Assembly (NCBI GenBank): GCA_031270285.1
Contig: JAISXY010000041.1
Coordinates: forward strand, 3,977 to 67,976
Direction of reading: 5' to 3'
Source of the DNA: Campylobacteraceae bacterium
Lineage (GTDB): Bacteria > Campylobacterota > Campylobacteria > Campylobacterales > Campylobacteraceae
DNA length: 64,000 bases
The notes under the pieces are model-generated. The model ran no database searches and was not told the origin of the DNA. It worked only from the letters and a program-made list of their open reading frames with translations. Of this stretch, positions 43,401 to 48,644 are shown one piece after another. The translations under genes were made by a program, and so were the position numbers. The number at the start of each line of letters is the position of its first letter. Within the stretch, counting starts at the first letter, position 1.

Positions 43401-44204
43401 CTTACCGTTCAAAAAAGCCATACCCCATACATTACTAGGATTGTTGCCACTAGGCATACCCGTAATACTGCTTACAATGTCGCCACTCCATGGAGCAGGG
43501 TAAAAAGTGCCGTCCTGTTTTTTGATATTGATACGCATTAAAAACCAGTTATTGTTGGTATTACTATCTACTGTTACCAACACATATGCGTTTCCTTCAG
43601 CATCTATCGCCATATCGGAAGCAACAAAATATTGTTTACCATCTGACGATATAACGCGGCTGTAAGTAGAAGTGTGGGAAGTGGTGTTATAAACGCCGAT
43701 GGCAAAAGTGCCTTGACTGCTGCTAGATGTTCCTGTGTAGCTGGTATAATCGCCGGTTATATATATCTCTCCTGTTAATTGATTGACTTCGCCGCCTGAT
43801 AAGTCTTCGCCAAAAGCGTAAAAACGGTTAGCAGGATTACCAATATTACCCCAATTGGCACCACCACTATCTATATAGCGTACCCCATTTGCTGTATCAC
43901 CATTATAACCATAACCCCAACTATACATTCTAAGAGTGCTGCTGCCAGGCGGGCGACCTAACGCGATAGTATCATAAGTGTCAGTAGACGGTGGATTAAG
44001 TCCTGTGCTAGTCGATGTTCCTGTTTCTACATTTACCTCGTAAAGATTAGTACCGCTCTTATCTGCATATAACCTATCGCATCTAAAATCCCATGCATGA
44101 GCGCTCATGCTCAAAGCCATAACGGCAAAGACAGAAAATAGTAATTTTTTTATGAAACAAATCTTACAAGAAAGATTAAGACTTTTTAGCTCAGACATTT
44201 GCAT
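34401..44204 (-). CDS. 3267-aa secreted giant adhesin: beta-propeller-like N-domain, SdrD-B-like, GEVED-motif region, about 20 Big_1 (invasin/intimin-type) Ig repeats, DUF11-like and SdrD-B-like C-terminal modules
   Basis: A GAGGGG RBS precedes the start, and the signal peptide is ...AVMALSMSAHA|WD. GQVFNDAEGDGV...NGTYSF lies at residues about 311-380, and LDGEVEDYRIF at about 631-641. About 19-20 domain junctions of the form xF(x)xGxxxxxxSxLxVxP occur between residues about 895 and 3005 (nt about 41522-35190). ITDFTAATSMAHVGDLIRYTVNIQN lies at about 3016-3040. IFGTVYIDSNANGMQDEGEIGIPGV lies at about 3143-3167. Confidence 0.85.
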   Translation of the reverse strand: MQMSELKSLNLSCKICFIKKLLFSVFAVMALSMSAHAWDFRCDRLYADKSGTNLYEVNVETGTSTSTGLNPPSTDTYDTIALGRPPGSSTLRMYSWGYGYNGDTANGVRYIDSGGANWGNIGNPANRFYAFGEDLSGGEVNQLTGEIYITGDYTSYTGTSSSSQGTFAIGVYNTTSHTSTYSRVISSDGKQYFVASDMAIDAEGNAYVLVTVDSNTNNNWFLMRINIKKQDGTFYPAPWSGDIVSSITGMPSGNNPSNVWGMAFLNGKLYFGDDGGDIGSLDPLSGIVGSSVIDMGSGELIDLASCQVSPILRGQVFNDAEGDGVISGTENGIDGLTVQLYSQSGALLSTTTTANNGTYSFIINDTNNVDFYVRVKNPAVNGTHLAQTWASGGTFSTPNSGGNVNTVSNYCADLNTSVDDTTGSSSNRSCYGKRADGIDSTANGADSIANYISKVHVTTDLAVSRANFAFTIASDRSDANFNEVLHSSVLKKNSQLFAYLGSNVTIDQNYIGNSLANSDSYDDGIYVFVDNRYIPVQERGFVPNTAYAFKADINGSKKNEGKLSVFIAASVNSWSNFGATDQVGTGDNITFSGTLPAQGVGGSFLRARYTTSSGISATANASSSASNPWVLDGEVEDYRIFVVDRQVRVALKTVGTTGNSGNFTFNMSNILASATPPSTASTTFYTTSANNVTDEPLGVVHRINSAGTAVSITVDKPQTLGIMSNETTCKDLSNANANLPLTFARYQVSGKWYDNITIAASDVKTNSDIICTFSYGTAPTVTVNANITGRAFGNDQFNLSITDMNTSLLLTSNTSSGTASDLTAFAILEADHTNNITIKMASGSTAPLSRYKFEATCAIGGITTLPYDIVGNGTFSISPTFGSDVVCRVDISTSSIHVGNSQITVIPSNNTVGGTSSVLVTLKDSNNTTIASGGDDVKLFISAITGAVPHLSNGTHAISTAGSNITAIDNGDGTYSANISSNISGNVFLTFSVNGASSAPNGATAYFHHDVPDLNSSNITIPYPNIGVSENATAVIWIGDRFNNPVLNATVTLVYLGGTAGGVPAFHNTNVVNHNNGFYDINLTSVLQGTVIVSFQANGVSANETKNATAIFSATGGNTSGNYTTIRVEPNVTNAGNTSLVTVYFADNDNNSIDGKQMEIYVNSANSINATIYPVIANGLGNGIYTANITSNITGDYNVTFHIGSDYSNKSANAKFNPNDPDLGNQSHSFIDATNATQVGTNSIIKVYLADQLNNTITNATVGVRVLVNDTGNFVPPGSNNSITYTADSSDQRGGYYTVSYSTTVAGNVTFGFSANNVIAPANNNDTTTFTVGNVNLTNSIFSVSPHEVYAGENVTITLHLLDSDGNGVDGETVTFSVANATLENGTVLGVNNDVIFSSVVDLNNGTYTATASTNSSKNVTFAFYVANVGGSTSVTPHKTDWAKFKSGNVSIGHPNTTITATSTVEVNSNSTITVTLKDDKNNPVNNETVKIIILSGNSGNNGTFNPSTATIGQDGTGNGRYTLYFTTPVSETVTFGFEVGSNSNHSKNASTIFTSGSANNTTSSLSFNPPQDSVSVESNFTATALIKDNNGNAVGNKVVNFAVSGGALNTYSCTTAADGTCFVVWTSTIAGSYTMNATIDGKHISGSPAIKGFTAGLANETTSTFLLEAGPKSVGQLFNMNATLRDKYNNTITNQYVFYSLEPAIDGAGFGLVGTETDSMNSTTGAAAISTNTLWSNLVGTYKITVRFGSETGPEITGSNQTATFIPATVSALSSNLTVTGAGPVDSEGGYYTVRTYAKDSVGPNFVPGTNINITVTNGTLTTNVNSPGTIQSIICTTNVQGYCEYYWVSPSEKGNFTITAALTNGTAISNSPQIREFKSGSANASFSDLYIVEAGPKTANGTDRYTAVITLRDSSNIPTSGSVLVSVSGGLLDGSYTINSYSVDPLSGNITIYWSSTNANNFTINATVGNVLIQNGTQIREFIPGPVSLGDSSFVITPLSSVTADNISAYTLSVNIKDAYQNNKPGSLITFDVQEGYLNNSTVSYKNSTCTTLANGNCSITWFSDKVGNFSVTAKVEGMIISGLQYRDFVQGIVSFATSNLTVLPTTSRTADNSSYFTATAYIKDALNHDITGELVTFTVNGGWLDNTTNRSTTLTCVSLDGSCSVRWRSDTPGSPTIWANVSAGQVGSTQRQFIASNAAAFNSTLTVDPAGPVLVGTGLYTATVTAVSSTGTLSPGAIIQFSVEGGTLSSDSCEANASGQCSITWTSNQSGNFSINATIADTNLGGNGDPVLASPQRRVFTAGTAQNANSTLVITPPTDTVIANSGNYYTLNITARDIYNNAVPNQFMNIYIGYGELNNNTGFTAGNSTCQTDSLGNCLVLWRSDKTGEFLVNVTIAGETTPIYSSNEDKARRFTYDSLSSSSYFRVDSYNASQPNNISVCEESESTIASCLIYYALNAYVEDNSGNKMEGANVTFRIYRGGVEVRDAYLDDKIIDGFHGTIAGGHSCVTNATGQCSANITLKANIAGEYQIYASVGSTYLDGYGTPSVKDIKKTFVAGSASSQTSRIHFNPVADNSIEANNVSYYTTTVEVLDIHSNPINNALVALAVPVTSWLDNTTAVNSTIVCTTASNGNCSVLWRSTLADNPQNITANVESITLNGTRTFITGGVNLNMSNITVSAHNVTTDDTVTVTVTVNDAQGNPIKNTNHDVVIYTSLSNSSFDGGTAGHTGTLTNVNGTYSAVLRSTKIGNTTLTFTINGGSPSSNTEWVYFNSGEVDVNESNNNTNIQAVSPVDVGSNSLVTVYLGDKGGNPIDNLSVTIYILANNTNSTAELNGLENVTINGGTGGNYTANLTAFNQGSVAVSFIINGLNINGNDHGKNATVIFQTGTVNATNSGIYVTHEIDNTTNASADGIDYYTVTVIARDAFNSTAAENVSIYFEIDKGNLSNVNTSSGNIQTLTCLTGLDGSCTVYWMSEEWGKANVTAYINGSIVSGFPIEREFRRILFDDNLTITDFTAATSMAHVGDLIRYTVNIQNNMDQPAIFDLKNTIPKGFSFVEGSVSSTTANGTVNSTFISAHEFNANNLTVTNNGEIKVVFILRVGAGVKQGKHKSYVEAFKASISISNKASAEVEITGDPMIDESLIFGTVYIDSNANGMQDEGEIGIPGVRIATAEGYIITTDQFGRYHLLNILGGEWGVGRNFIMKVDASSLPTGSTFTTANPLLRRLTPGIPVRFDFGVKLPDNIKNLEALMRSVTTTEGGAQ

Positions 44205-44499
44205 ATACCCCTCGTTTTATCGTTATGTACGTCGCTTTTATTAATTTACTCTATTACTTTAAAACTGCGCAATTCCCCTTAAAGAATGGCTTAATTTATA
44301 AAAAAGTAGAGAGAAATTAACTTTAATTGGTAATATTAGCGTTTATTTTATAAAATTAGAATTAATCCATTTAAAAATTTTTCATCAAGAACAAAATAAA
44401 GCAAAATTTTTAACGAAAAGTTGCATGATATAGCTTGTCTATATAAATGCTGCAGCTTAAATCTCCACTTTCAGCTTATCTTACAAAAATCCTTTTTTC

Positions 44500-45725
44500 T
44501 CTCTATGTCATTCCAATATTTTACGTCATTCCCGCGTAGGCGGGAATCCATCTTTTCTTCTTTCGTCATTCCCTTATGTCATTCCCGCTTCCTCCCTTTT
44601 TCCCTCCCCCTCTATGTCATTCCCGCGTAGGCGGGAATCCATCTTCTCATGACGATTATTTATCAAAAATCCATTTTTTCATGAAAGCATTTTTGTTATC
44701 TCTTTTTGGATACCCGTCTTCACGGGTATGACGTAAAGAGAGTGTCATTCCTTTTTTCCCCTCCTCCTTTTTTCGTCATTCCGCACCCCTATGTCATTCC
44801 TGTTTCCCTCTGTCATTCCCGTGCAAACGGGAATCCATCTTCTCATGACGACTATTTATCAAAAATTCATTTTTTCATGAAAGCATTTTTGTTATTTTTT
44901 TTGGATACCCGATTGCTCGGGTATGACGAAAAGAGAGTGTCATTCCTTTTTTCCCCTCCTCCTTTTTTCGTCATTCCCGCCTCTCCCCTATGTCATTCCC
45001 GCGCAGGCGGGAATCCAAACGTCATTCCCTCCTCACACTATGTCATTCCCGCGCCCTACGCCCAAGCTTACGAAGTAAGCGCATATCGTGAGGGATGGCG
45101 GGAATCCAAGAGCGCATCAAATTATCTTTCATTTCAAACAAAGCAAAAGCGCATAAAACCAAAAACTTTCACTGCTCCCCTCCCCCTTACGTCATTCCCG
45201 TGAAAACGGGAATCCATCTTCTCATGACGACTATTTATCAAAAATTCATTTTTTCATGAAAGCATTTTTGTTATTTCTTTTGGATACCCGTTTGCACGGG
45301 TATGACGTAGAGAGTGTATGTCCTTCCTTTTTCTTTTTTCGTCATACCTCGCCCTCACTTATGCCATTCCCGTTTCCCCCCCCTTTCGTCATTCCCGCGA
45401 CCGAACGACAAGCTTACGAAGTAAGCGCATATCGTGAGGGATGGCGGGAATCCATCTTCTCATGATAATTATTTATCAAAAATCCATTTTTCCGTAAAAA
45501 CATTTTTGTTGTTTCTTCTTTGGATACCCGCCTACGCGGGTATGACGTAGGGGACGGATATAACGTAGAAAGGGTTGGATTTCCGCCTACACAGGAATGA
45601 CGTAAAGGGCGGATACCCATTCTCAAGGAAACATTTTGGAAATGCGCTTCGCTTGTTTTCAAGGGAATGACGTAGGGGTGGGCGGGTATGACATGAAAAC
45701 ATGGGCATGACATAAAGTGTGTCAT
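44500..45725. repeat. Mosaic palindromic repeat array C (largest; about 195-bp composite unit repeated about 5 times)
   Basis: Type-1 cores lie at 44525-44549, 44616-44640, 44812-44836, 44992-45016 and 45191-45215. Expanded type-1 elements lie at 45042-45107 and 45388-45453. Type-2 cores lie at 44708-44733, 44903-44928, 45282-45307 and 45522-45547. Shared spacers atcttctcatgacga.tatttatcaaaaat.cattttttcatgaaagcatttttgttat and polypyrimidine modules separate them. Confidence 0.9.
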
Positions 45726-45779
45726 TTCTGCTTCATGAAAGAATCCAAAAAATATGTTAAAATAGCCGAAAGGCAAAAA

Positions 45780-46076
45780 ATGCAATCAAAGCAAGGTTAT
45801 GTTTATATATTGTCAAACAGACCAAACGGGACGCTGTATATCGGCGTAACTTCGGATTTGGTAAAAAGAGTACATGAACACAAAAACCATCTTGTTGAGG
45901 GATTTACTTCAAAATATGACTTAAATGATCTTGTCTATTATGAGATATTTGATGATATTGTTAATGCGATATTGCGGGAAAAACAGATGAAAAAATGGAA
46001 CCGCGCTTGGAAGCTAAAACTGATAAATAAGTTCAATCCTGCATGGAGGGACTTGTATGATGATATTTGTAAGTAA
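45780..46076 (+). CDS. GIY-YIG nuclease family protein (small stand-alone, UPF0213-like)
   Basis: Contains GYVYILSN..NGTLYIGVTSDLVKRVHEHK...REKQMKKWNRAWK. The start was chosen at the Met after GAAAGG, because the longer ORF (45717) runs into repeat sequence. Confidence 0.8.
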   Translation: MQSKQGYVYILSNRPNGTLYIGVTSDLVKRVHEHKNHLVEGFTSKYDLNDLVYYEIFDDIVNAILREKQMKKWNRAWKLKLINKFNPAWRDLYDDICK

Positions 46077-46122
46077 ATCCAAATTTCTATCCACTCTGTT
46101 TATCGCATAATAGAGAAATCGC

Positions 46123-46386
46123 CTACTCATAAACATCTTTTCTATGAGCTATCCTTAAAATCAAAACGACTAATTCGCTATCTTGTATCTTGCAAATGAT
46201 ACGATAATCCCCAACGCGATAACGCCAATACTCTCTCAATTTGCCCTTAAGAACTTTACCGTTTTGCCTTGGATAGCTTTGCGCGGAAAGTTTTTCAAGA
46301 AAAGAGATGATCTGCATGGATGCCGATCTATCAAGCTTTGATAACTCTTTTTTGGAGCTGGCTTTAAATCTAACTATCCAGCTCAA
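46123..46386 (-). CDS. Type II toxin, RelE/ParE (StbE-like) family
   Basis: 87 aa with LKGKLREYWRYRVGDYRIICKIQDSELVVLILRIAHRKDVY. It overlaps the antitoxin gene by 17 nt. Confidence 0.85.
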   Translation of the reverse strand: MSWIVRFKASSKKELSKLDRSASMQIISFLEKLSAQSYPRQNGKVLKGKLREYWRYRVGDYRIICKIQDSELVVLILRIAHRKDVYE

Positions 46387-46585
46387 GCTCTTGTTTCACT
46401 TCTTTTAATGTATATGTTTTCTCTTTTTTTAGGTCAGCCTGTTCAGCCAGATAATAATCCTCCAGATCGTCAAGATTGTCCTCTATCAGCCTGCGAAGAT
46501 AAAAAGCTTTTGATCTGTCTGTAAGATCGGCCAATCTATTTAGTCTTGATTCTATCTCTTTATCTACTCTGATAGATAGCGTCAT
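46370..46585 (-). CDS. Type II antitoxin, ribbon-helix-helix (CopG/RelB-like)
   Basis: Starts MTLSIRVDKEIESRLNRLADLTDRSKAFYLRRLIE (RHH pattern). A GAGGAA RBS is present. The start is at the internal Met (46585). Confidence 0.7.
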   Translation of the reverse strand: MTLSIRVDKEIESRLNRLADLTDRSKAFYLRRLIEDNLDDLEDYYLAEQADLKKEKTYTLKEVKQELELDS

Positions 46586-46654
46586 TTTAAATTCCTCACT
46601 AATGTATTCAATGAAAACATTGTAATACAATTTATCAAAAATGTCAATTTAAGA

Positions 46655-47100
46655 TATTCGTCCTTCCCTTTTTTCCGTCCTTCCTCCTCCTTTTTTTCTT
46701 TTTTCGTCATACCTCGCCCTCACTTATGTCATTCCCCCCGCTTCCTCTTTCCGCCATTCCCGCCCCCCCTTTGTCATTCTCGCCTCTCCCCTATGTCATT
46801 CCCGCGTAGGCGGGAATCCAAGAGCGCATTAAATTATCTCGCATACTAAACAAAGTAAAAGCGCACAAAACCAAAACTTTCACTGCTTTGTTGTTTTTTC
46901 ATGAAAACATTTTTGTTATTTCTTTTTGGATACCCGCCTACGCGGGTATGACGTAGGAGACGGGTATGACGAAAGGGGTGGATGGCCGATTACAAGGAAA
47001 CATTTCAGCAAGCTGAAAGCGCTTCGCTTGTTTTCACGGGTATGACGTAGAGGTGGTGGATACCCGTTTGCACGGGTATGACAAAGGAGGCGGGTATCCA
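46655..47100. repeat. Mosaic palindromic repeat array D
   Basis: Polypyrimidine tracts span 46661-46705. A type-1 core lies at 46795-46819. Type-2 cores lie at 46928-46953 and 47058-47082. A type-2 element with the 45-bp aaacaagcgaagcgc module in its loop lies at 46980-47047. Confidence 0.9.
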
Positions 47101-47161
47101 AAAAGAATTGCATTAAAGGAAAACAGAAATGAATAAGGAGGTGAATTGCTATAAAGACAAT

Positions 47162-47195
47162 AAAAAAACCCTGATACCGTTAAAACGGTTCAGGG
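47162..47195 (-). terminator. Rho-independent terminator downstream of porin gene 1
   Basis: On the minus strand the sequence reads ccctgaaccg-ttttaa-cggtatcaggg followed by TTTTTTT. A second hairpin (atctcccc...gggagat) lies at about 47233-47262. Confidence 0.6.
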
Positions 47196-47281
47196 TATGA
47201 AAAAAGTTACTTTTTTTCAAACAAAAGGATTATCTCCCCGCTCTTGCGAGCAAGGGAGATAAGGGTTTACAACACTTTCAA

Positions 47282-48505
47282 TTAGAATGTGTATTTGAGC
47301 TCTAACTGAATTTCGCTAAGGTCTTCAGTATCTGCATCAAGATATGAATAGTATAACTCTACAGCAAATTTTGGCGCAAGTTGATAAGAGCCGAGTAGAT
47401 AAATCTCGCTAAAATCATCATCGCCAAAGTCAGCTATACCATAGCCGCCTTCAACACCAAATTTACCGAATGTACCGCCGCCTTTTATAAAGTATGTCGC
47501 TGTATCAGGTACATTTGTTGTTAGATAGTAGAGTTGTTGACCGAATTTGATAAAGCCGTCATTGTCATCGTCAAGCGCATAGATAGGCTGATCTTCGTCT
47601 GTCTGAGTATAGCCTGCCGTTACAAAGAATTTGTCATTTTTGTAGCCGCCCTCAATACCGTAGAATAGACCTGCATCATCAGCTAATAATGCTGTATATG
47701 GAGCAGTAACAACAACAGGAGTACCAGTACTATCAATACCATCAACTATTATTTCATCTGAAATCTTCAAATAGTTTACTTGAGCTCTTACATTAAAGCC
47801 TGCCTGCGCAAAACTTGCCTGAGCAAATACAGTTGTATCTATAAGATTCTCAAGTTTTGCTGCCCAGAATTGCAAATCAACAGGACCGGCTTTACCGATA
47901 GCGCCTAAAGCATACAAGTTGCTATTACTACCAAGATCTGGAACATTAATAGTAGTCAATGATTGAACATATTCATCAACAAATAGGCTATCAAATCCAT
48001 TTGTCTGTAGGTACAATGCGCCTGCAAATGTCCAATTTGGCACGCCTGAGTACAATGCTACCAAACCGTTACCGCGTGAGCCTGCGAAACCTGACTCAGC
48101 CCATGGAGCGGGAACAGTGTATTTACCGCCGATAACAGCTAAGTCTTTAACGCCTGTGTACAAGAAGTAGTATTTGTCAAAGTTAAATGATCGAGCGCCG
48201 AGGTCGCCTGTCGGAGCGCTTGGTCCTGCATCAGGATAGTTATATCCGTCTGTAGTCAAAGTCGTACCGAAAGCTAAACCGTCAGCTACCGGAGCTACTA
48301 TATTTAACTCGCCTGAAACTCTGATAGCTTCGCCTGTTACATCGTCAGCACCATCTACGCCAAGAGTATCGTGCGTATATCTTAATCTCGCAAAACCGCT
48401 TACGTCAACGCCTTTGATAGCCTCTTCCAATGGAGTTGCGCTCGCGAATGAGCCTAAAGCACCTACTGCGACTATCGCAGCTAAACTTAACTTAGTTAAT
48501 TTCAT
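47282..48505 (-). CDS. Major outer-membrane porin, Campylobacter MOMP (PorA-like) family, paralogue 1
   Basis: Signal peptide MKLTKLSLAAIVAVGALGSFASA. The body is beta-strand rich and ends in the C-terminal LELKYTF. Confidence 0.8.
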   Translation of the reverse strand: MKLTKLSLAAIVAVGALGSFASATPLEEAIKGVDVSGFARLRYTHDTLGVDGADDVTGEAIRVSGELNIVAPVADGLAFGTTLTTDGYNYPDAGPSAPTGDLGARSFNFDKYYFLYTGVKDLAVIGGKYTVPAPWAESGFAGSRGNGLVALYSGVPNWTFAGALYLQTNGFDSLFVDEYVQSLTTINVPDLGSNSNLYALGAIGKAGPVDLQFWAAKLENLIDTTVFAQASFAQAGFNVRAQVNYLKISDEIIVDGIDSTGTPVVVTAPYTALLADDAGLFYGIEGGYKNDKFFVTAGYTQTDEDQPIYALDDDNDGFIKFGQQLYYLTTNVPDTATYFIKGGGTFGKFGVEGGYGIADFGDDDFSEIYLLGSYQLAPKFAVELYYSYLDADTEDLSEIQLELKYTF

Positions 48506-48644
48506 TTCTGCTCCTTAAGCATAAATTTTATGATTAGCATTATAGGTTTATATAACTTTATTTTTTATAAAAATATACCTTGTATGTACAATTTTTTTAA
48601 ATATTTTTGAGTTTATTGATAGATAATATAAGGTTCTTGGAAAC

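Noticed and set aside
34401-44204. The giant adhesin as a T1SS RTX-type adhesin or a TpsA exoprotein.
   Set aside because: It has an N-terminal Sec-type signal peptide. It has no C-terminal GGxGxD nonapeptide repeats and no N-terminal NPNL/NPNG TPS motifs. No ABC transporter/MFP/TolC or Omp85-type TpsB gene is adjacent.
44706-45203. ORFs of 60-165 aa lying entirely in the repeat arrays: 19125-19364, 19468-19737, 19559-19786, 23732-23938, 23892-24101, 24036-24263, 44421-44630, 44706-45203, 45256-45465, 45414-45785, 46916-47113, 49032-49217, 54525-54881, 54902-55150 and 55090-55272.
   Set aside because: Their translations are reiterations of the same repeat-derived peptides (LDTRLHGYD, HSRVGGNPS, SFPRRRES) in several frames and on both strands. 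They have no RBS or start context and low-complexity composition. They are artefacts of translating the palindromic repeats.
45376-45383. The C8 homopolymer as a phase-variation switch for a gene.
   Set aside because: It lies inside non-coding array C, more than 390 bp from the nearest real start codon and outside any promoter spacer I can define. It is reported only as part of the tract observation.
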